A DNA stretch of 63,736 bases, counting the filler, from Nemertoderma westbladi (Eukaryota > Animalia > Xenacoelomorpha): NCBI GenBank assembly GCA_032718475.1. It is 4 parts of 4 records of this genome, joined end to end, with 100 filler letters (N's around TTAATTAATTAA, not from the genome) between each part and the next. Parts side by side here need not be neighbours in the genome. Positions count along the whole stretch, not along the records: positions 1 to 29,040 come from JAUCBJ010002413.1; 3 more parts are not named here. One strand, written 5' to 3'. The notes below the pieces were generated by a model. The model worked only from the letters and a program-made list of their open reading frames with translations. It searched no databases and was not told the origin of the DNA. Shown here one piece after another: positions 12,871 through 25,705 of the stretch. The stretch's first letter is position 1. Every line of letters begins with the position of its first letter. Position numbers and translations under genes: made by a program.

Positions 12871-15800
12871 TACAAAGTGTTATAAGAAGGGACACCCCCA
12901 ACCATCACCCCACTTTATTTTTACAAATCTTTATCATACTATATTTAACTGGAGCTACATAGAATTTTCTATTTTGATTTTATAGACGTTTGGCACGTTT
13001 CTTTTGCGATATCGCCCTCATTGCATCACGGCCATCCCCCCCCCCCCCCCCCCCCCCCTTCCTCCCAAAGCTTGTAAAATATCCCCTTTTTGGAGGACGT
13101 TTTTGTTTTTAGATGTAGTCCAATACAAAATGCCGGCTAATATTTTTTATTGTTTGTTCCAAATTCATTAACATACTAATCATAATTTTACGCTGCCTAA
13201 AACTAATCTACTTGGGGGAAAAGCTTCCAGTTTCTGGCATAATTAATACAACTAGGACTGCACCGGTACCAGATTTGCCTACATAATGTAGTACGCATAT
13301 AGATTACATCAGTATGTATTATAATAAATGTTTACTAGCTGTGTGTGACTGGTGTAATGTGTCTTATCGGTCTGGTCACCTAATGTTTCATATTATTATT
13401 TGATGGTAAATTCAAATTGTATTGGGGGGGGGGGGGGGGGGGGGGGGTTGGACCGGTTTTTTTTCAAATTGATTTTAAACTGTATTAGTTTATTTTAAGC
13501 AATACACCGATATTTGTCACCCATATAAAAACATTACAATCTTCTGGTTTACGAATATGGCGACGAAATGCTCGAGAACCTACTCAAACGATCACAATTT
13601 GAATAAAAGTGGATGGGAGTAGTGTGGATCAAATGTGTCTACGTCAGAATACTTCAATTTTAACCGCCAAAGAAACGTATTGTGTTGGATCAAATGGGTG
13701 GATGGAGGAAGTACAGACAATTTTTATTCGAACCATCCCAGCATATATAACATCTCCACCTTTTGGAAACAAACTATTTTATGCCAAAAATTAAAAAAAA
13801 TCTAAAAAATGGGTCAATAAATGTAAAGTTTTCAATGATTACTGGCTACGGCTTGTTTAAACATTGAATTAGCAGTAAATATCGCACATTATCCTGCCCA
13901 GTTTCAGTGCAGTACAGGTAGGTCTACCTACACCAATGCCAGGGATACTCCATTCAATTTATTAATTATCTACGGTAGTTCTGTAGTTAATTAGTATTGA
14001 GCACTGTAAGCGGTATACGGAAACGTAGGATAATATTATCGAGCTAGACCCATTTAACCCAATATAGAAGAACGTAATTTTCTGCTCTTGTATCTGTAAT
14101 TGTACGTTTGCATTAGTCAATTAATATTGCCAATTACGTTATTTTATGTTCCCCGCTATGGACCCCTAATAGTGAACAGATCGGACTGGATACCTGGTGT
14201 AACATGGATTTCGAGCAGCCTTCAATAAATGCCCCTAATTGAGTTTTTCCTGAGATTCGCATTCAGGGTTGTGTGTTCATTTTACCAAGAATCTCAATGA
14301 AAATAGGGAGGAGTGGGATCGTTAATTAATTCCATGCCAATAGTATGATGTAGCATCCGTATCTGGAGATATCTAGTTTCCCTGTGTATCCTGATTAAAT
14401 TAGTACTTCCTATTCCGATAACAAATATTAATATTATAGCTGAGGGACCTGTCATTCATAATGTTCAATCATAATGTAAAAATCATATTTATAGCCATTA
14501 TATAAGGACGCTTAAAACTGTAAATCGATACTTTTTGTAATCGATTTTTCGCACCTTCTGTAGGAAACACACAAAAATACACTCTTCCAAGATTCTAATT
14601 TAGAAATGCAATAGTCACAACATAATTATTCCCTACCCCTTTCCTCACCACAATACCCCTTTGCCATCTACAACCAATATCACGGCCTTCACCCATCCGG
14701 GCACCTTTAATTCACCTACAAATTGTAATATTACCAGCTTCCCTGCAAGATACCACTGTCCATGTCCAATAAGGGAGCTCCCTATTCAAATACATCCCTT
14801 CCTTCTCATTGGAGCTTCCTATGCAAATTCATTCTCTTCCTTCTCATTGGAGCTTCCTATGCAAACACATCCATTCCTTCTTATTGTATTAACCTTTACA
14901 GTTAATAACAAGGAATATTTCTGTATCCAATAACTATATGAGATAAACGTGACAGTAAACGTTTATTGATCAGTTTGTAACAAGTCAATATCAATTATGT
15001 TTAACATGTGTTTTAACGTAATCTTTGCACAGGAAAGACAGCTTCTAAATAGGTGATAATTAAGGGTCAACTTCACATCTACCCCAGATACCGGGTTTAA
15101 AAGGGCCAGTTTTGGATGTTTTAAACAGTCAGTAAAAACAGGCCTGGTAGATGGCAGCCTCGGCAGCTAATCTTGGCTCTGCTTCTTGGTATCCGACCTA
15201 AACTGCGCCATTACTTTGATACCATCAGGGGAGGGGACCTAGTGTTTGGATGTGTAGGTAAGGCTCCCGCTGAGAACTGAGCTTTGGCCGACCAGCCCTG
15301 GAGCGCTAGCGCACTCTGCCCGCTCCGCTGGCTATTCAGTCCGTCCCAGGATCGATTGTTTAGCCATGAGGACAAAGTGGCAGCATCTTCCTGGGTTTTT
15401 TTTGTCTCAGGTCAGATTACGGTAGAGCTTGCACTCTTTGCCCGTAAACTTAGTGAAGCGACCAGCGACCTCGGTTAATCCTCTAAGTCATAGGACAAAT
15501 TAGCAGCTAACCATCTGCATCCAATCGGTCCCACCCCAATTTGGACACAGAAGGTAACATAGTGTTTTGCACTATTGCCAAGTTTCCAATAGCGTGAAGC
15601 CGCACCAAGTTTATATATTTATCAGTCTTTTCCGACTTTTTTTCCACATTTAGTCTTTATGACTAACTATGACTTTTATCAGACGTTTTTTGTATTACAT
15701 TCTTCACAGTATTTTAGCATCAATAAACGACTAAAATATTGTATTTTATTTACTATTTTTCGGTTATAATTTTTTTGGATTGTAGTATTTTTCGAGGCTA

Positions 15801-16592
15801 TACTTTGGATCCTAATGGACGCAAAGCACCCCTCACCCGGTATTTTCTTTTTCCCTCTTCTCAGAGGTTTTTCAATGGTGTTTGTTACATTACACTATTT
15901 TTATACCAGAAGCAAGCAATATAGCATCTGGAGAGAACAGAAATCGCTGAGTTTTAGTGCTATCTGGGAAGGGTTGTGGATGTCCGTAAATAACAAGTCA
16001 TTGAAGGACCGTGTATTACTGCGAGCTATTTTCCAGTCAGTCTTGCTACCGAGAAACAAATTACACTTTTACGATTACACTTTTTATTTACCGATTACCA
16101 TTATTTACATTCAAATTTTAAGCCCACCACCAACACTGTCAAAAAAAGTTTGTTTCACAATCAAGGTTCAAATCGAGTCAACTTAAACTTTATAAAAAAA
16201 CAATTTTAATTGGTAGTTCTTCTGGTCCCATATTTTTCACCGAGTCTACCTGCGTTCGAATTTATATGTGTGCAATCCAATCTGATCAAGGATTGTTTTT
16301 ATAGCTTTGGAGACTGTTGGTACAAATCGTATAAAACATTAAGTATCATCTGTAAGATTGGGTGCTTCTGTTAGTTCTGGGTGTGGAGGTTTTTATCAAC
16401 CATATCTAGCGGGTTGTTGTTTATATTAACATAACAGTATATCAGTGTCTTCGGCTCAGAAATAGTTCAAGCAACTTATCTCTATAATTTTAACCATCCT
16501 ATTGACCCGTTTATTATTGCTACTGTATAATACGTAATATTGGATGTCAACTCAGTGGAAAGACAGCTTAACAATAATTATACTTTATACAG

Positions 16593-19500
16593 GAGATGTT
16601 GGCGGCACAATTACATTAATGGATACGTTCCGTGAAGGTCAAACTGAAACAAAGAAAAGTATCAAACAGGTGGAAAGTATATTGGAGAAAGCTGAAGAAT
16701 TAAAGGAAATTGTTGAGTATATCGGAAGGGTTGGTCCCATAAATAAACCACTCCAGGGTAAGATAAATAATATAATTAAGTCTACTGTTGATGTTCTTTC
16801 TTATAAGGAAAAACAACTTTACTTTAGACTGGATGCAGATATTTCTGAGTTAACAACACAGAATCTGGTTAGTATTTGGGGTTTAAATCAAGTTTCAACA
16901 ATAGAAATTGTTAATAAATTCAGAGACTTGGGACTTCTGTCTACAAGTGAATTAAATTCACTGGAAGTTCCAAAATTTTTAATTAATTATATAAAAGAAC
17001 AAAAACTGCCGATAGAGATACTGGCGAGAGGCCCAGAAGCATTGGCTGCTTATAAAGCAGCTCTTTCTAAAGGGACTACATGGATACTGAAAACCCGGTT
17101 AATGTTAGTCGGACAAGAGAGGGCTGGTAAAACAAGTTTGAAGAAGGCCCTTATTGGTCAACCATTTGATATTAATGAACAAATAACAGATGGTATTGAT
17201 TCATCTGCTAACTGTATTATAAATACCGAACAAAACACAGATTGGACCAACTTACGAGATAAAAATAAAGAAAACTTGGAGAAAGATGTCAATGACTTTG
17301 TTTCTAAACAAATAGCAAAAACTGTTCTAGAAAGTAAACAAGTTGCAGATAATAAAAATGATGATTCTGGAACTTCTGGAAAGGTTGTTGGAAGTGCGAC
17401 TCCCGTAGTTTCAACCTCTTCATCAGCAGCTAATGTTAAACCTAAAGAGATTCCTATTACAGTTGCAAGTGGAAGTGCTGATAAAGTTCCAACCATTAGT
17501 TTGTGGAGGAGGTTAGTTTCCAAAATTACACGCAATAAAGAACAGATCAGTACTTCTGAAACACAAATCCCTCCAAACATTTCTAAAGGAGTAGAAGATA
17601 TACTCACATCTGGTAAACCTCAAGATATTCTGGCTAAATTTATTGAGGAAGACAGTCGCTTTTCTCTACAGATAATCGATTTTGGTGGCCAATGTATTTA
17701 TTATACAACCCATCAGATATTTTTGAGTAGACGTGCTATTTACATAATTGTATTTGATTTGACACAAGATCTCGACAAAACAGCTGATGTTATTGTTAGA
17801 GCTGATGACACCAACATAAAAGTTTATGGCGAGATGACCAATATTGAATTTATAGATTTTTGGTTAAGGAGTATTTACTCATTTGGTGCGAATTTTGATG
17901 AAAAAACATCAAATGTTGTCGGCCCACCAGTATTTATAGTAGGAACTCATAAAGGTAGTTTAGATGCTGATTCTAGAACTCAATCAACTTTAGCAACTAA
18001 TATTTTAAAATCCATTAACAACTATATAGATAAAACTCACCTTACAAGTAATTTAGTAAAGGAATTTTATGCATTGGAAAATAATAAAGAAATTTTGAGT
18101 GATAGCGCTGAAGAACTGGAGAATTTGCAGCAAGATATTGCCAAGGAAATGATTAGGTTCAAAGAGGAAATACCCCTACAATATTTAAAATTTGAACAAC
18201 TTGTGTCTCAATTAATAAACGATGGCAAAGTTTATATTAACATTGACGAATTAAAAGTAAAGTTAAATGCTATTGATGTAGAAATGAATGACATTGGTTT
18301 GAAAACAATGTTAGAATTTTACCACGATTTGGGTACAATAATTTACTTTGATGATGAATCTCTAAGAGACACTGTTATAATGAGCCCAGAATGGTTGAGT
18401 GGAATGTTTACCAAAATAATAACTGTAAAAGACAAAATTAAGAAACAACACTTTACTTTCTGGAAGGACCTGGACGACAATGGTATATTACATGAAGAAC
18501 TCCTTGATTATCTGTGGGAAGGCGTTCTTGATAAAAAACAATTTATGTTGAATATTCTAGAACGTTTTGATTTACTATGTGAAAGAGTTTTGCCTCAGAT
18601 TAAAGGAACTTTAAACCAAAATATAAAGCGATCCTATTACGTTCCGTGCAGACTGAAACCAGTAAATATAAATCCGTTTTTACCAAAATATTCCAGCTTG
18701 GAATTTTATATAATATTCGTTAGTTTCTTACCAGAAAGTTTGTACTACCGTTTAATTAAGAGAACTATAGATTTGTCCTACATTGTAGGAGATGGAGTAA
18801 TTCAACCTAAACTATACCACAGAGTTGCTCAAATATTTTTAGATTGTAATCATGAAATTATCTTGGAAAGATCTGCGAATTCGTTGCATCGGGTCAAAGT
18901 TCAGATCATTAGAACTGAAGAGGTTGATACAGAAAGCATTTCAACTGAATGTAAAAGGAGTGCGGATCCACAGCTGGTCAACAAAGTGAAGTGTTATCTT
19001 AATAATTCATTGCAGGAATTCCTTAAACAAATTCAAATAAAAAACATTTCGTTTAGTTTTCAGATAAAATGTCAATGTAATTCAAAATGCGAACAGCACA
19101 ATGAAATTAACTGTAAAGAAGAAATTTGTTTCCATTTTATTAAAATTGATGAAAATATTTCAGATAATAAAGTCAAATGTAAGTTTCATAAACATATGGA
19201 AAGCAACTTAATAAGAGAAAAATATACAGGTGATTTAAGTTCACATTGGAAGAAAATAGCGTCTAAGGAGAATGAACTTCTACATAAACTAGAAATATTA
19301 GAACTTATAATTTTCTTAGAAGCTAAGCGAACTTTGTCTCGGGATGTTTTATCTATAATGAACTCGAAACCAAATGTATTCAGTAAAATAAAGACTTTAT
19401 TGGAGGCAATAAAATGGGGTACAGAAAATAATTACGAAATATTTATTGAAGGATTAAAGGAAACATATCAAACTCATATAGTAAATATTTTAGAGAATAA

Positions 19501-19807
19501 AACAACAGATGATGATAAAAAGTTTCCGTTGATACTAACTAAATATAAGTTTGTTTTAGTTAATAGAATCGAACCAAACTTGGTAATAAAATTACTTTGT
19601 AGGAAACAAGTGTTTAGGGATTCTATAGCTGAATCAATCAATAGTAAAGAATCCACAGTGGCAAAGAATAATGAACTGGTCAACGCGATAATTAGAAGGT
19701 CATACAACGATTTTCTTTCATTCTGTCAATGTCTGAGAGAAACAAATCAGGTTCAAATAGCTGATATCCTGACTACAGCTGTACATAATTTAGATGATTT
19801 AGTCTAA
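16593..19807 (+). CDS. Coding exon 2: end of the last WD blade, winged-helix-like segment, Roc GTPase, COR, two CARD-like domains (Roco family)
   Basis: Acceptor TTTATACAG| at 16592. Pre-Roc PIEILARGPEALAAYKAAL; G1 GQERAGKTS; G2 TDGI; G3 DFGGQ..YYTTHQIFL; G4 VGTHK. COR motifs LEFYHDLGTIIYF, VIMSPEWL, ILERFDL and YYVPCRL. The CARD ends match F...L.ET.Q..I..IL twice. Confidence 0.93.
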
Positions 19808-20489
19808 ATATAAAAATAATTATATGCAATTTTCAGTGTTTAATTTTGTTACCAACCAGAGATAAATAATGTTGTGGATATGATTGGAATATATCCCATA
19901 ATATTGTTATTTACCAAGAATGGTAAGGATAATATTTCATACTTATTTTTAACTTATAGTGCCAGTCAGGGCCGGACACACAATTTCTACTAGCATTTTA
20001 TAGCTATTCGTGTCCGACCTACCATCCACTATATTAAATATATAAAATTTAGTGCAATTTCTATTATATTACGGTAAATATACATTCAAGTTCAAGTTTA
20101 ATAATTATTTTATTAAGTTTTCTCTTTTATAGATGGAAATACGAATATATCCTGATCTCGGAATCGTAAACCAGTAAACTGTCAGGCTCTGAACCAAATC
20201 AAACAACCGCCTAAATTAAAAAACAGATAATTTGAAATCTTTTAGAATTGCCGATCCGATATGATAACCTCGATTCTGGACTGTAATGAACCGACATGAT
20301 TTGTTCCTTTCAGATGAGATTCGTGGTTCGATTCGTGGAACACAATTATCGAAAACTTCAGAATAAGTTAGTAATAAATTGTTACATGAAATATATCCTA
20401 CAGTCGGGGTCTCAAAGTGTATCTGGTATTACCTTTATTGTGAATACATTATTAATAAATTATATTATTTCTACTTATTTTATAGGTAG

Positions 20490-23400
20490 AGCTCATAAAC
20501 TCTATCCACCAACCCATCGAAACCATAAATTCTATCCACAAACCCATCGGAACCATAAACTCTATCCACCAACCCATCGGAACCATAAACTCTATCCACC
20601 AACCCATCGGAACCATAAACTCTATCCACCAACCCATCGGAACCATAAACTCTATCCACCAACCCATCGGAACCATAAACTCTATCCACCAACCCATCGG
20701 AACCATAAACTCTACCCAGTAACCCATCGGAACCCTAAACTCTTCCCACCAACCCATCAGAACCATAAACTCTATCCACCAACCCATCGGAACCATAAAC
20801 TCTATCCACCAACCCAACGGAACCATAAACTCTATCCACCAACCCATCGGAACCATAAACTCTATCCACCAACCCATCGGAACCATAAACTCTATCCACC
20901 AACCCATCGGAACCATAAACTCTATCCACCAACCCATCGGAACCATAAACTCTACCCAGTAACCCATCGGAACCCTAAACTCTTCCCACCAACCCATCAG
21001 AACCATAAACTCTATCCACCAACCCATCGGAACCATAAACTCTATCCACCAACCCATCGGAACCATAAACTCTATCCACCAACCCATCGGAACCATAAAC
21101 TCTATCCACCAACCCATCAGAACCATAAACTCTATTCACCAACCCATCGGAACCATAAACTCTATCCAGTAACCCATCGGAACCATAAACTCTATCCACC
21201 AACCCATCGGAACTATAATCTCTATCCACCAACCCATCAGAACCATAAACTCTATTCACCAACCCATCGGAACCATAAGCTCTATTCACCAACCCATCGG
21301 AATCAGAAACTCTATCCAGTGACCCATCAGAACCATAAAATATATTTCACCAACACAATGGAACCCTAAACTATATCCACCAACCCATCAGAACCTTAAA
21401 CTCTATCCAATAACCCATCAGAGCCATAAACTCTATTCACCAACCCATCGGAACCATAAATTCTATCCAGTAACCCATCGGAACCATAAACTCTTTTCAC
21501 CAACCCATCGGAATCATAAACTCTATCCAGTGACCCATCAGAACCATAAACTCTATTCCACCAACACAATGGAACCCTAAACTATATCCACCAACCCATC
21601 AGAACCTTAAACTCTATCCAGTAACCCATCAGAACCATAAACTCTATTCACCAACCCATCGGAACCATAAACTCTTTCCAGTAACCCATCGGAACCATAA
21701 ACTCTATCCACCAACCCATCAGAACCATAAACACTATCCAGCAACCCATCGGAACCATAAACTCTATCCCGTAACCCATCGGAAGCCTAAACTCTATCCA
21801 CCAACCCATCAGAACCATAAACTCTATCCAGTTACCCATCGGAACCCTAAACTCTATTCACCAACCCATCAGAACCATAAACTCTATTCACCAATCCATC
21901 GGAACCATAAACTCTATACACAAACCCATCAGAACCATAAACTCTATTCACCAACCCATCGGAACCATAAACTCTATCCACCAACCCATCGGGAACCATA
22001 AACTCTATCCACCAACCCATCGGACTCATAAACTCTGTCCAGTAACCTATCGGAACCATAAACTCTATCCACCAACCTATCGGAACCATAACCTCTCTCC
22101 ACCAACCCATCGGAACCATAAACTCTATCCACCAACCCATCGGAACCATAAACTATATCCACCAACCCATCGGACTCATAAACTCTGTCCAGTAATCCAT
22201 CGGAACCATAAACTCTATCCACCAACCCATTGGAACCATAACTTCTATCCACCAACCCATCGGACTCATAAACTCTATCCACCAACCCATCGGAACCATA
22301 ACCTCTATCCACCAACCCATCGGACTCATAAACTCTGTCCAGTAATCCATCGGAACTATAAACTCTATCCACCAACCCATCGGAACCATAACTTCTATCC
22401 ACCAATCCATCGGACTCATAAACTATGTCCATTAATCCATCGGAACCATAAACTCTATCCACCAACCCATCGGAACCATAACCTCTATCCACCAATCCAT
22501 CGGATTCATAAAACTCTGCCCAGTAACACATCGGAACCATAAACTCTATCCACCAACCCATCGGAACCATAACTTCTATCCACCAACCCATCGAACTCAT
22601 ACACTCTATCCACCAACCCATCGGAACCATAACCTCTATCCACCAACCCATCGGACTCATAAACTCTGTCCAGTAATCCATCTGAACCATAAACTCTATC
22701 CACCAACCCATCGGAACCATAACTTCTATCCACCAACCCATCGGACTCATACACTCTATCCACCAACCCATCGGAACCATAAGCTCTATCCAGTAACCCA
22801 TCGGACTCATAAACTCTGTCCAGTAATCCATCGGAACCATAAACTCTATCCACCAACCCATCGGAACCATAACTTCTATATACCAACCCATCGGACTCAT
22901 AAACTCTATCCACCAACCCATCGGAACCATAACTTCTATCCACCAACCCATCGGAACCATAACCTCTATCCACCAACCCATCCGACTTATAACCTCTGTC
23001 CAGTAATCCATCGGAACCATAAACTCTATCCACCAACCCATCGGAACCATAACTTCTATCCACCAACCCATCGGACTCATACACTCTATCCGCCAACCCA
23101 TCGGAACCATAACCTCTATCCACCAACCCATCGGACTCATAAACTCTGTCCAGTAATCCATCGGAACCATAAACTCTATCCACCAACCCATCGGAACCAT
23201 AACTTCTATCTACCAACCCATCGGACTCATAAACTCTATCCACCAACCCATCAGAACCATAAACTCTATCCACCAACCCATCGGAACCATAACTTCTATC
23301 CACCAACCCATCGGACTCATAAACTCTATCCACCAACCCATCGGAACCATAACCTCTATCAACCAACCCATCGGACTCATAAACTCTATCCACCAACCCA

Positions 23401-24700
23401 TCGGAACCATAACCTCTATCCAACAACCCATCGGACTCATAAACTCTGTCCAGTAATCCATCGGAACCATAAACTCCATCCACCAACCCATCGGAACCAT
23501 AACTTCCATCCACCAACCCATCGGACTCATAAACTCTCTATCACCAACCCCATCGGAACCATAAACTCTATCAACCAACCCATCGGAACCATAAGCTCTA
23601 TCCAGTAACCCATCGGACTCATAAACTCTATCCACCAACCCATCGGACTCATAAACTCTGTCCAGTATTCCATCGGAACAATATCCTCTATCCACCAACC
23701 CATCGGAACCATAAACTCTATCCACCAACCCATCGGAACGATAACTTCTATCCACCAACCCATCGGACTCATAAACTCTATCCACCAACCTATCGGAACC
23801 ATATCCTCTATCCACTAACCCATCGGAACAATAACCTCTATCCACCAAACCATCGGGAATATAAACTCTATCCACCAAACCATCGGAACTATTAACTCTA
23901 TCCACCAACCCATCGGACTCATAAATTCTGTCCAGTAATCCATCGGAACCATAACCGCTATCCACCAACCCATCGGAACCATAAACTCTATCCACCAACC
24001 CATCGGAACCATAACTTCTATCCACCAACCCATCGGACTCATAACCTATATCCAGCAAACCATCGGAACCATATACTCTATCCACCAACCCATCGGATCC
24101 ATAAACTTTATCCACCAACCCATCGGAACCATAAACTCTATCCACCAACCCATCGGAACCATAACCTCTATCCACCAACCCATCGGAACCATAAACTCTT
24201 TCCACCAACCCATCGGAACCATAACCTCTATCCACCAACCCATCGGAACCATAAACTCTATCCACCAACCCATCGGAACCATAACCTCTATCCACCAACC
24301 CATCGGAACCATAAAATCTATCCACCAACCCATCGGACTGATAAACTCTATCCACCAACCCATCGGAACCATAACCTCTATCCACCAACCCATCGGAACC
24401 ATAACCTCTATCCACCAACCCATCGGGAACCATAAACTCTATCCATCAAACCATCGGAACCATAAACTCTATCCACCAACCCATCGGACTCATAAACTCT
24501 GTCCAGTAATCCATCGGAACCATAACCTCTATCCACCAACCCATCGGAACCATAAACTATATCCACCAACCCATCCGAACCATAACCTCTATCCACCAAA
24601 AAATCGGAACCATAAACTCTGTCCACTAACCCATCGGAACCATAAACTCTGTCCACTAACCCATCGGAACCATAAACTCTGTCCACTAAACCATCGGAGT
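20490..24700. repeat. 30-bp satellite, about 140 copies, with sub-arrays and higher-order structure
   Basis: Consensus AACCATAAACTCTATCCACCAACCCATCGG. It accounts for all the repetitive ORFs in this interval. Confidence 0.98.
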
Positions 24701-24924
24701 TATAAGTTTTGGAAACTGAACTGGATCTTAATTACTGGTAAGTAATAATTATATGATTTTTTTGCCTTTGGTTGATCACAGTGCAAACCTATCATCGAAC
24801 ATTCGTTAATAAACATATTTCTATACATTAAACTATGATATACTAGATATATAGTATATTACATGTCACAGTTATATAAATTAAATGATACTAAACCATG
24901 AGTAGACTAGACTATGTCACTAAT

Positions 24925-25155
24925 ACATACTACTAGGACGAGAGAGAATGGACTGGACAGTTGAAATGAGATTTATTCATAGTTGTCGCAATTTCGTTTC
25001 TCTCAAGTTCAGTATCCCTTTCAAGTTGGTCTTTATATGTTATAGCCGGTCGTCCACGCATACACTTTCCTTGTGTTGGTTGCCAGAAAAGCAGATCTGG
25101 TATTAAGACCTCATGTTTACTTCTCCAGAAGTGCCCACTGAATCTTAATCTGCAT
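24925..25155 (-). mobile_element. RTE-like LINE 3' fragment
   Basis: The - strand reads RLRFSGHFWRSKHEVLIPDLLFWQPTQGKCMRGRPAITYKDQLERDT, followed by a TAGTAG tail. Same family as 45850-46185. Confidence 0.8.
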
Positions 25156-25705
25156 TCACGGGGGTTGTGTGTTTGATCAATGTGGTATATGTCATATTGT
25201 TGACATATGTTCGTATTGTCATATTGTTGTCCCCAGATGTTATGTTTATCATTAATGTTTCAATTTTCTGTTAGAACGACATTTTATTATTCCTTATTTA
25301 TTTATAGATTAAGAATTTAACCGCAAAAAGAAACACAATTTAATAAATTTAACGAAGGAACTGGACTATTTCGTGTAACTTATGATGATTCGCCATTTAC
25401 AAACTCCAGTTGGTCGCCACTATCTCAATAAACCTTAAAGTAAGTGTAGCATCCATTCATAAAATAAACACTGACTTTTTTACTTACATCTTTATAATGG
25501 TACAGCACCGGTATTGGTTCTTCTATTAAATAACAACAACAGACTAGTTAGTGTTTATTAAGTTGCACAGAGTTAGTTAAGCTAAGCTGTTAGTTGGATA
25601 GCACGCGAACACGAATCTGGGCCAAACTGAACCGAACTGATCGAAAGTGTGGCGAAATGGACCAAGTGTCTATAGCGATAGTGTTAACCGAAATTCTGTC
25701 CATCT

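Noticed and set aside
16544-16592. ATG at 16544 as the start of a stand-alone Roco gene
   Set aside because: The first 16 codons look intronic (acceptor at 16592), and the next residues complete the upstream WD40 blade.
16593-19807. Naming the Roco gene LRRK, DAPK1 or MFHAS1
   Set aside because: It has no kinase, LRR or ankyrin domain, so the architecture differs from all three.
20452-24686. Long minus-strand ORFs (MVPMGWWIEF)n and (DRVYGSDGLV)n
   Set aside because: They are automatic products of a 30-bp unit lacking stops, and no splice or start context was found on that strand.
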